A stretch of DNA of 30,938 nucleotides from contig JAWBBW010000017.1 of NCBI GenBank assembly GCA_038824035.1, forward strand, positions 1-30,938. Direction: 5' to 3'. A program made the position numbers and the translations under genes. The notes beneath the pieces were generated by a model, which was given only the letters and a program-made list of their open reading frames with translations, searched no databases and was not told the origin of the DNA. Each line of letters begins with the position of its first letter. The stretch's first letter is position 1. Shown here piece after piece: positions 19,556 through 28,330 of the stretch. The DNA comes from Desulfurococcaceae archaeon. Lineage in GTDB: Archaea; Thermoproteota; Thermoprotei_A; Sulfolobales; Desulfurococcaceae.

Positions 19556-21000
19556 TCATTTCTCTCCGCTTTTCTTAGTCCCATATATTTCATCATAGTA
19601 TTCGCCGAGAAGGCCTCTCGCAACCCGTTCTACTCCGACTTCTTGTATCCTCTTTCTGACATAGACCGTGTATATTAAGATACCAAGCAATACCCAGGCA
19701 ATCAATAGTACATATTCATATGGCCAGACAAGGCTGATATCGGTGCCCGGTATTATCGGCATCAACACAACTATTAATCCTACTATTAATGCTATGCCTC
19801 CGATTACAAACGGGGCTGGAACTGAGAAAGGCCTCTTTAAGTGTGGATATCTCCTCCTACATATCAACATTGATAAAACAGCTGTTAACCAGCAAACACC
19901 GAGAGCTACACCACCTATATCTAGGAACCACACTAGGCCTTTCCTACCCAGTAATCCAAGTATCATTGAGATCACTAGTGTGAACAAGAGGGCCCGTGTT
20001 GGAACACCGTATTTAGGATGTATTGATTCAAATTGCTTGGGGAATAAAGCTCCACGCGATAGAGCGTAGATCATCCTTGACGTAGTCATCATTGCAGGTA
20101 TCCAAGATGTCACCAAGCCCAGGAATGAGGCAAGTCATGCAATGATCCCAAGGCCTGGGTAAACGATATTTAACTCGTCTATTAATCCACGAGGAGCTAT
20201 CTCCGAGGAACCTTGCCATGGTATTATGAGCGCGCCGGCAAACATCATCAACATATACCAGCAACCAGCTAATACGGCGCTGAGCGCGACTAGATAGCCG
20301 AATTTCCTGACCTCTACTTTGGTCTCCTCAGCGATCATGGGTAGGGTTTCAAAACCCGATAAATAACCTATACCCATTAATGCGAACCTGAACGCAGCGG
20401 TGGCTGGACTTATCTCTGATTTGAATGGAGGCGTGAAATTATCCAATGAGCCGCGTAATGCGGCAACGCCTATTACCACTAAGCCACAGAACAAGAGGAG
20501 GATAAAGAGGGCTGTCTGGATATGTCCAGTTAATCTCACGCTGAAATAGTTCATGGCAAAGACTATTAAAGCCCCTATATAGCCCACTATTATCCATGGG
20601 AGATAACCGGGAACCCTGCTACCTCGTAAAGTGGTATGGTGTTTAGCTGTGGAAAGATCCAACTTAACAGAAATGGTAAGCCAATCACATAGAATGAGAG
20701 AGCGGCCGCTAACATGCCTAGTAAGAACATCCATGCTATGAAGAACGAGCCAGTGGCACCTATAGCTGGGTATACGAAGGCCACTTCACCACCCTCTCTT
20801 GGAATAGCAGTTGACATCTCAGAGTAGGCTAAGGCTATCAGAGATGCCATGATAGTAGCGACGAAGTAACCTAGGATTACTCCACCGGGGCCATAAAGGT
20901 CGTAGAATGTGGTGTTCAGGTATACCCAGCTTGTCCCTACTATACCGGCAACTCCTAGGGCTAGTACATGGTATCATTCAAGGACTCTCTTAAGAGACAT
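19556..21000 (-). pseudogene. APC-family amino acid permease, disrupted
   Basis: Reconstructed from ATG at 21000: MSLKRVLE*YHVLALGVAGIVGTSW... In-frame TGA at 20974-20976; 1-nt deletion near 20605 (FPV/YLPW); second in-frame TGA at 20135-20137 (GIIA*LASFLG). APC motifs AYSEM..AIP.EGG, GFET....AEE, SRM.YAL.R..LFP.....HPKYGVP and RPF.VP are present. Confidence 0.9.
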
Positions 21001-21179
21001 TATCCCCCTAGATAATTTATAAAGGTATATTTTTTAAAGCTTTCTATAAAATTAGATTCCACATTTTTTAAATGTCGTGAATATAGATCTATAGTTCTCT
21101 ATAACGAACTAGAGGGAATTTTTATGAAACGAGAAGATATATTAATGGCTCTAAACATATCCCAGCTAGAGGGGTTCAT

Positions 21180-22214
21180 ATGTCTAAACCCATTCTCTCT
21201 ATTCCATCAATAGATCTGCATGAAGATGTATCAGCGTATTACCTCTATCATGGTGGTGGTTCACCGCTCGGTGATTTCGGAGAAGATATACCTGGCCGAG
21301 ATGCCGATATACCTAAGTACAGGAGAGCTGGTGTGAAAGTGGTTTTCTCAGCTATATTCCCAGGTATCGAGAGTTTCAGCCCAGAGGAATCGAGGGCTCT
21401 TCTAGAGCTATATGGTAAATGGCTTCCAGCTACGAAATACAGAGTTCCCCAATCCATTCTCTGGGAGCATTTCTTAATTTACTATAAAATGGCCGAGGCT
21501 TATGGCATTAAGATAGTCGAGTCGATGGCTGATATAGAGCACTGCTTGAGGAATACTGGTATCTGTTTTGTCTTACATTTAGAGGGGGCCGAACCAATTG
21601 ATGATCCCTATGACCTGGTTCTCCTGAAAAAACTCGGTCTAAGAAGTTTAGGTATAACTTGGAATTATCAAAACAAATATGGCTCTGGATGTGCAGCGAG
21701 AAAAGACCTTGGGCTGACAAGTGACGGGGAGGAATTAGTTAAAATGGCAAATAAATTAGGTATTATAATAGACCTGGCCCATGCCAGTAAAAGAACAGCC
21801 TTAGACACATTAGTCATCAGCAAGAAACCCGTGATCATAAGTCATGCCAATATCAGGAAATTCGTAGATAGGCCTAGAAACGTTGACGATGAAATACTAG
21901 AAGCCCTTAACAAAAATGGCGGGGTGATAGGTATCTCGGTTATAGGCCCACTTATCTCGCAAAGGCCTAGGTCAACGTTGGATGAGCTGGTAGAGCACTT
22001 CGCCTATGTCCACGAAACCTATGGATCACATCTACTCGCTATAGGCACTGATTTCCTCGGTTTACTGGGTCTACCGGCGCCAGAGGGTTTTGAAAGCATT
22101 GATAAATTACCAGCACTTTACGCTAAGCTCGTTGAAAAAGGGTTTTCGGAAAACGATTTGAAAAAAATAGCGTATGAAAATGTCCTCAGAGTTCTAAAGG
22201 CTAATTTCGGGTAG
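21180..22214 (+). CDS. Membrane/renal-type dipeptidase, peptidase family M19
   Basis: DLHED, LHLEG, G.TWN..N, DLAH, SHAN, RN.DD and GTDF motifs; ends with ENVLRVL. Confidence 0.9.
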   Translation: MSKPILSIPSIDLHEDVSAYYLYHGGGSPLGDFGEDIPGRDADIPKYRRAGVKVVFSAIFPGIESFSPEESRALLELYGKWLPATKYRVPQSILWEHFLIYYKMAEAYGIKIVESMADIEHCLRNTGICFVLHLEGAEPIDDPYDLVLLKKLGLRSLGITWNYQNKYGSGCAARKDLGLTSDGEELVKMANKLGIIIDLAHASKRTALDTLVISKKPVIISHANIRKFVDRPRNVDDEILEALNKNGGVIGISVIGPLISQRPRSTLDELVEHFAYVHETYGSHLLAIGTDFLGLLGLPAPEGFESIDKLPALYAKLVEKGFSENDLKKIAYENVLRVLKANFG

Positions 22215-22470
22215 ACTTGATATATTATTTTTCCATCAAACCCTGTATAACCGGTTCCTTGTCCTATGAAAGATGTGTTTTCAAAATAAATCATTAACCA
22301 TCCTGATTCATTCCGCTAAGCAATATGATGCTTAGAAAAACAAGATCTCGTGTCAAGAACATATGTAGATCCTTGAAGGGGTCTTTTATCCCCGAAACCG
22401 GGAAACTATAGGCAGGGAGATGGGGTTTCTCTAGCGCTATTTACGTCAAGGGACCTAGGCAAGAATCTAT

Positions 22471-22855
22471 TCAACGTATTACCTCGTCACAATAAATGAG
22501 GCTTAAGCATGCTGAGACCTTCTCTACGAATACATACCGGATCAGTGGATCAAGGGCCAAGTTCATCGAGAACGCCCGCCTTTTACACGAACCACGCATG
22601 ACCATTACCAGGTATCGATAAGAATCACGTGATAAGCTCAGCGTATCGATGTCATACCTGGACGCTTTCAAAGCTCCCAGGAGATCTTCGGTAAATTTGT
22701 AGAATGTAGTAGTGATCTATGCAGATATTCCAAGGATGCAGGGGATGGATATGTGTGACTTTATAGAGAATGTTCAGATCCAGAGAACTATGGGAAATCC
22801 AAGACTGTTTTTGCCTAAAACATCTAAGATCGTTTCCTCTGGGAAGGAATAACAA
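22471..22855 (-). pseudogene. Possible decayed gene of unknown family
   Basis: One minus-strand frame reads protein-like across two stops: YSFPEETILDVLGKNSLGFPIVLWI*...*ITTTFYKFTEDLLGALKASRYDIDTLSLSRDSYRYLV... No family recognised. Confidence 0.3.
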
Positions 22856-22873
22856 AGAACCAAAAACATTTTG

Positions 22874-23593
22874 CTAAGTTCGCTTTGATCTATGGGCATG
22901 GGAAATCATTAGTTCACGTAACTCATCTGGATTGTTGAATAACATGTCAACGAGCTCTCTAGGCAATTTCTCTATCCCCAGGATATCTATCACCGGGGCA
23001 AGCATTTTCTCGATCACTCGTTCGGCGATAAGGGGTGAGCCGTATTTATTCACGATAATGTCTCTGATTACAATGGGATCCTCTAAGAGCAGTGTCACAC
23101 AGTCTTTACCAGTGCTCTTCTTACACAGAGCAGTGAGAGACTCGTATAGACCAGGAAAAACCCTTGATAACCTTGCCCTGATGATCTCCGAGAGCGTTGC
23201 GGGCACTACGTGATTAAGCGTGACAACTCTTTTCCTAAGAGCTGAGTAAAGCCTTGGGTCTAAGTAAACTAAGCCGAGTTCCCAGTCAACTTTGATCAAC
23301 CTTGAAACCGCGTCTCCGAGAGAGACCTTTGATATACCGGTTAAGTCTATGACATTTTTCAAAACACCCCTTTTAGGGCCATTGCTAATTAGGAGAGATA
23401 TGTAGATCACAGATGCAATAATAGTTCTTTTCTTCTTACCTTCAAACCAAACAGGGTGGGATTCGACAAGAGATTCCAAAACCATAGAACATTCTTTCAA
23501 AATACCGAGCTTAGAGCATAAATCCTCGGGCCCGAGCCTAACTCTACTTAGGATCATAGAAAGCCATGGAGAATCACCACTCATGAGCATCAC
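22874..23593 (-). CDS. Hypothetical protein: TFB cyclin-repeat-like N-terminus fused to a DUF3227-like C-terminus
   Basis: FEGKKKRTIIASVIYIS...TGISKVSL resembles the TFIIB repeat (GK.P..AAA.LYIA...GV..VT). PGLYESL..LCKK.TGKDC..LLLEDP..IRDII..KYGS resembles archaeal DUF3227. Confidence 0.55.
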   Translation of the reverse strand: MMLMSGDSPWLSMILSRVRLGPEDLCSKLGILKECSMVLESLVESHPVWFEGKKKRTIIASVIYISLLISNGPKRGVLKNVIDLTGISKVSLGDAVSRLIKVDWELGLVYLDPRLYSALRKRVVTLNHVVPATLSEIIRARLSRVFPGLYESLTALCKKSTGKDCVTLLLEDPIVIRDIIVNKYGSPLIAERVIEKMLAPVIDILGIEKLPRELVDMLFNNPDELRELMISHAHRSKRT

Positions 23594-23795
23594 TCAGTAG
23601 TCAAGGTCAAACATGTTAAATGCTAACTTGGCAAAGGGCTTTAAAAACTAACCTTTTCTTTAAAAACGACAGGGATCCAGTCGTTGGCTTAGTTAAAAAA
23701 TTCGCGGAAAAACGGGCTTATAAATCTTTACCCATTTATATACCTGGACCGAGGTTGAAAAGAGGGCCGGGCGCATGTAAGTACCGGAGAGAGAA

Positions 23796-24383
23796 GTGAC
23801 CACAGCGTCTACAGTGTTATCACTGTTACTAGTATCAATAACCCTTGTAAATATCTTTCTCTACAACTTGTTAACTATAGTTGCTATTCCACAAACCCCT
23901 GGTATCGTGTTTCAAGCAGGTAGCTGTGCTGGACAACCAGATATCGGTAACAACCTGGTAACTGTTAATCTCGGCGCTAGTGCCACTGATATATCTGTGA
24001 TAGTGCATCCTACATACCAGGAAACATATTACAAGGATATTTTCAGGATAGTGAACAACAATGATGATGCCATAAACATCTACTTGGTATTTGATTCCGT
24101 GTCCAACACTCTTCCCACAGGTAATGTGGTAAAACTCCTCGTATATGAAGATATGACTAAGGTGAAAGAACTAGATATCACTAACTTATCCCCAGGAGCT
24201 TTTATAGGAATAGGAACAATGAGGGCTGGAGGAGTATGGCAAGTAGACCTGTACATAAAAATACCAGAGGGAACATATATCACCGGGACACAATACCGGG
24301 TAATAGCTAGATTAGTTTACACATCGTTGTCCGGGACATTATCAGTACCGTTATCAGACAGGCATATAATTAAATATAATTGA
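23796..24383 (+). CDS. Secreted beta-rich protein, candidate SipW-processed fibre subunit (TasA/archaeal bundling pilin-like); possibly decaying
   Basis: N-terminal hydrophobic helix followed by a beta-strand-rich body. In-frame upstream ATG at 23775 is immediately followed by TAA. A signal peptidase remnant lies directly downstream. Confidence 0.5.
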   Translation: MTTASTVLSLLLVSITLVNIFLYNLLTIVAIPQTPGIVFQAGSCAGQPDIGNNLVTVNLGASATDISVIVHPTYQETYYKDIFRIVNNNDDAINIYLVFDSVSNTLPTGNVVKLLVYEDMTKVKELDITNLSPGAFIGIGTMRAGGVWQVDLYIKIPEGTYITGTQYRVIARLVYTSLSGTLSVPLSDRHIIKYN

Positions 24384-24416
24384 TGGTTTTAAATCCCATT
24401 ACTAAAATTCACCCCT

Positions 24417-24868
24417 ATGATTTATCTATTTAAACTCCTGTCCTATGTTCCCACGGCTATATCATTACTCCTCATCATTATCATCACCTTTGCCTTTATT
24501 GTTCTATCTAAGCCTAGTCACCTCAACTCAACGAACATGTCAATGGTTTTCTACGATATCATGAAACCTGTTTCTGAGGCTAGTAACATCGTCCACTTTG
24601 ACACTATTTACAGCTAGGGGTACTATTGTTAATCGCCTAACTTCCACTCATCACTCTGGGAACAGGATTATAGAGCCCCCGAGTCCCACGCTGTAAGCAA
24701 TAGAAAGTCTTTCGTCTAATAAAAGACAATGAAATCGAGTAATTCGATTTTCCTTTTTATCTAAAAGGGGTTGGGGGAATGGTGTTCAGGGTTATCGAGG
24801 AGCTTTGGATCCCACCCTTGATCATCTCACTGACTCGTATACTCTACGACATGGCTAAACACTGGTGA
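24417..24868 (+). pseudogene. Degenerate signal peptidase I (S26B, SipW/Sec11-like)
   Basis: TM helix, then VFYDIMKPVSEASNIV (cf. SM.P....GDIV), then after a frameshift GTIVNRLTSTHHSGNRIIE (cf. GDIV.Y.....HR.I), then KDN..DFP...GVGGMVFRVIEELWIPPLII (cf. KGDNN..D.P....G.V...P). Contains stops and frameshifts. Confidence 0.6.
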
Positions 24869-25311
24869 TAAAATATCCATTAAAGTATTGCTGGCTACCA
24901 GCTTTGGTATTAATGAAAAATAGCCATGAATTTAGCTGAACCATTAATATCGATGGGTTATGTTTAAACCTGGTTTAGACGACTATATTAGCCCTAGCTG
25001 GTTATTTTATTATCAATCTAATAATCAATTAATAGTATGAATCCTTGATATCTCGATTGACCTGATATATACTATCTCGTTGTACTAAATCTCTTTCATT
25101 AATTAGATTACAAGTGAACCCGATTAATCTCCACTTTTACCTCAGTTGTTGTTAAGACAAGTGCCTTGACCGCTAGTTAGGCTACCCGGTGTTTTCAGTA
25201 TTTTCAACAATGTATTGGCTATGGCTTTAAAACTAGTCATTAATAATCATTTCGAGAAATCTGTAGCGTTTTCCAAGAGATCGTAAAGTGGATTTGCGCA
25301 ACTAGGTCACG

Positions 25312-25986
25312 GTGACATGCTTGATCGTTAGGACCAGGTCTCTGAGAAATCCCTCTAAACACCTTCTTAAAGCTATTTACATAGTCCTGGTTCTACATAT
25401 ACTACTATCCCCTGTATATATTAGTAAAGAGTTCTTGCCAAGCGTGGAAATCGATGTATGTGGCAATATCTATCGAGTTATCGATGGAGACACATTGGAT
25501 GTTTTCCCTGTTGGCAGGGTTAGATTAGCCGATGTAAACGCCTCTGAATTGGGCATAGTTAATGGTGAAACAGCGAAACAGGCTTTACTAAATCTTGTTC
25601 AAAAACACGGGCCCAAAGTTTATCTAGACGTGGATGATCTCCATGTTATTGATAAATATAACAGGGTAGTGGCTATTGTGTACCTTAAATACAATGAAAC
25701 ACACATACTCAACGTGAACAAGTGGCTTATCGACAATGGCTATGTAACTATTTCTGATTATCCAAATGAATTCGATCCAAACATGTGGACACTGTACACA
25801 TACCTACCCAGTGATCCGTGCGTGGAGAAAACTATTATAACAACTACCACAGTTACGATCACTGTGACCACGGGCGTTGTTCAAACACCGGTAGACATGT
25901 TGACACAAGTAGTAGTGATGTTTACGATAATTGTTGTGATCATGGCCATGTCCATGCTGATATGCATCACGAGGAAAAAGCGGTAA
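25312..25986 (+). CDS. Thermonuclease (staphylococcal nuclease-like), surface-anchored
   Basis: VIDGDT, VRLADVNA.E, DKYNR.VA.VY and NVNKWL...GY motifs; Thr-rich linker; C-terminal TM helix ending RKKR. Confidence 0.88.
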   Translation: MTCLIVRTRSLRNPSKHLLKAIYIVLVLHILLSPVYISKEFLPSVEIDVCGNIYRVIDGDTLDVFPVGRVRLADVNASELGIVNGETAKQALLNLVQKHGPKVYLDVDDLHVIDKYNRVVAIVYLKYNETHILNVNKWLIDNGYVTISDYPNEFDPNMWTLYTYLPSDPCVEKTIITTTTVTITVTTGVVQTPVDMLTQVVVMFTIIVVIMAMSMLICITRKKR

Positions 25987-26388
25987 ATACAGTGGTGTTC
26001 TCGAAATTATAGGTCCTTATATTGGATGTTGAGACCATGTTTATATATAATTCGATTCAATTACTCATTACTCTATACTACCCTGAATAATTAAGGGTAT
26101 TTTGATCACTACATTTCCACTATATCTTGTAGACAAATGATATTCTCATAAAATCCCTTACTATTAAGAATTCGCTAAAAACACTGCAAACCTAAGACAA
26201 GAACATATCTGTGGAGTTTGGTGCAAAACAATTATTTGAAGACATGGCCTTTACTTTACTCCCTACCTCATCGTCTGTGGGATTTATTGTTGTCACGTGA
26301 TTTATGGGTTTTCGCGCAATAGTGTCTATTCTCCATCCGATAATTTAAAAATACCCCGTGTTCCATGTTGTTTGTAATTGTGATTGAT

Positions 26389-27156
26389 ATGCTGAGAGTT
26401 ATTGATAACAAGGAGAAGTGTATAGTTATGGCCGTGGTTAGTGGCGGTATCGACAGTACGTGTTATTTGGCCTTATGGCTTATGAGGGGTTGTGATGCAC
26501 ATGTGTTGTACTTTGACTATGGCCATAAGGCCAAGGAAAAAGAGCTGAAGTCACTTCGTGCTGTGATAGAGGATCTAAATGAAATTGCCAAATCGAGGAA
26601 TTGGGGCAGGGTTATTGAGCTAAGAATTGTGCCCATGGCTTTTATGAAGGAGTTCTGGGCTGGTACACAACTTGTTGATGAGGGTGTAGAGGTCAAAGAA
26701 ATGTATGAGCCCAGCGTTGTTGTGCCTATTAGAAACGTCGTTATGACAACCATAGCTACAGCCTACGCTTACACGATATCCTCTCAGAAAAACGTAAATG
26801 TATACGTGATAATTGGTAGTCAGTATAATGACTTGGAACCCAGGGAGGATACATGGGAACCCCGGTATCCCGATTGTTCACCTGAATGCTTAGAAATTTT
26901 GCAAGTCGCTCTAAGAGTGTGCCATTTCAGAGGAGATCGGAGAGTGGAGATATGGAGTCCGAGTAGAGAGGGCCTTGGTAAGGCTGATCTCATCAAGCTA
27001 TGTCACGATATCATAGGGGACACCATGTTTAAGACATGGAGTTGTTACATAGGGTTAGAGAAGCATTGTGGTGTATGCGAGAGCTGTAGAAATAGGAAAA
27101 GAGCATTCCGCGAAGTTGGCATAGAGGATAAAACAGAATACTTGAACACGGATTAA
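26389..27156 (+). CDS. queC: 7-cyano-7-deazaguanine (preQ0) synthase
   Basis: SGGIDS, FDYG, VP.RN, YPDC and TWSCY....HCG.CESC..RK.AF motifs. ATG at 26389 preferred over 26365. Confidence 0.88.
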   Translation: MLRVIDNKEKCIVMAVVSGGIDSTCYLALWLMRGCDAHVLYFDYGHKAKEKELKSLRAVIEDLNEIAKSRNWGRVIELRIVPMAFMKEFWAGTQLVDEGVEVKEMYEPSVVVPIRNVVMTTIATAYAYTISSQKNVNVYVIIGSQYNDLEPREDTWEPRYPDCSPECLEILQVALRVCHFRGDRRVEIWSPSREGLGKADLIKLCHDIIGDTMFKTWSCYIGLEKHCGVCESCRNRKRAFREVGIEDKTEYLNTD

Positions 27157-27416
27157 TAAGTTGACATAACCATGGTAAGGCTCCATGAAATATCTTTATC
27201 CATGATTAACACAGGTTCCACCACCTAACCGGGTTTTCTGGGATTTCAGCTGTTGTCTTGGTGTTTTTAGTACATGTGTATGTTTATAAGCCTCGCCATG
27301 TAAGTTTTCCAGGTATAAATGCATGGGAACGGGGTTTATGGTTATCATTTTCAATGCCATGGTGGTAAATGAGCTATTGGGAAAATAATGTTGTTAAATA
27401 TATGCCTTGTCCAGCT

Positions 27417-27650
27417 CTATTTCAGTATGAACATTAACCAGGGCAATCCAATGGCTATGTACACAATGTAGAATATGAGGCCAAATACCAAACCCAGTTT
27501 CCAGAAATCCCTACCCCTGATATATCCACTTCCATAGTATACTGGGGCCGGGCCAGTGGCATATGGCGATATAACCCCCATTAATCCAAGCGTGTATGCA
27601 AGTGAATAAGCCGCTATTTGTGGCGATATACCCGGTATACCCAACGCAAG
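27417..27650 (-). pseudogene. C-terminal fragment of a DASS-family anion permease (CitT/TtdT-like), 5' truncated
   Basis: LMGVISPYATGPAPVYYGSGY....FWKLG..FG is the DASS C-terminal signature. The frame is closed upstream by TAG at 27666-27668, inside the foreign fragment. Confidence 0.85.
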
Positions 27651-28260
27651 AGTTCTGCTGAAGTACTACGGCAGAGGATACGTTGCTTTGCCGGCTAAGC
27701 AGGATTCATCGCTGAGAGCAAGACCGGATCTCGTAGCGGTACCAGTCGATAAATCGACTTGGAGGCCCCTCTACTCTAATGCTGTTGCCATAGAGGTAGA
27801 GTCCTGCAATGAGCTCGAGACCCACCCAGAGAACGTGGTTCACAACTGGCTGAAGGAATCCGTCAAGGACTTCGCCGAGGTCCACAGCTGGACGGATGAA
27901 AAATGCTTCGAGAAGCTCAGGCAACTGTACGAGAAGCATGGAGAAGTCCACGGAAAGGTGAAGATATTCTCGGTGAGAATAGAGAAGCCCGGTAAACCTG
28001 TTGTGCAACCGAGCGCTAGTACACTAACGGCTCCGTCCACGGCTGGTGAGAGGGTGAGGGTGGTTGAGGTCCAGGGGAGGAGGTACAGGATCGTGTTCAA
28101 GAGTACCGATGATGTGGCGAGATTTGATAGGTTTAGTGGTATACCTGCTATACAGATCTCAATCAAAGGCTCGGAGGTCGTTATCTACATGAGGAGCCTT
28201 GGTAAGTCGATCACTATTCAAGCTGAGCGCGTGGATGAGCTTACCTCCTCCTCTTCTTGA
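27643..28260 (+). pseudogene. 5'-truncated gene with a PD-(D/E)xK-like domain; resembles the C-terminus of crenarchaeal conjugative-plasmid TraG/VirD4-like proteins
   Basis: Frame extends upstream of the ORF-track start (NARVLLKYYGRGYVALPAKQ). Contains RPDLVA...AVAIEVES..E..THPE.V..N..K...EVH.WT. The plasmid assignment is from recall only. Confidence 0.55.
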
Positions 28261-28330
28261 CTGGTTTTACAACCGTGTACTTCCCCATCCTCATGGATTT
28301 GAGCACACCGTACTTCACTAGCGTGTTCAC
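27645..28330. mobile_element. Fragment of a foreign element (conjugative-plasmid-like) carrying two truncated convergent genes
   Basis: Both internal genes lack 5' ends. The left edge cuts the DASS gene and the right edge is CRISPR repeat 1. GC is higher than in the flank (34/60 at 27841-27900 vs 26/60 at 26701-26760). Confidence 0.6.
28241..28330 (-). pseudogene. C-terminal end of a winged-helix DNA-binding protein, cut by the CRISPR repeat
   Basis: Minus strand reads VNTLVKYGVLKSMRMGKYTVVKPVKKRRR* (wHTH recognition-helix end plus wing). No start upstream: the frame runs into the repeat and meets TGA in spacer 1. Confidence 0.6.

Noticed and set aside
19556-21000. TGA recoding (Trp or Sec read-through) in the APC permease
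   Set aside because: A frameshift also breaks the gene, and TGA is used as a normal stop elsewhere (e.g. 342, 2888, 5106).
516-21720. Numerous antisense ORFs (e.g. 2045-2509, 12116-12595, 16681-17190, 18735-19199)
   Set aside because: They are shadows of well-supported genes on the opposite strand and carry no motifs.
22370-22435. G/C-run-rich intergenic stretch as a possible IS end or tRNA fragment
   Set aside because: No clean inverted repeat, cloverleaf or transposase remnant could be supported.
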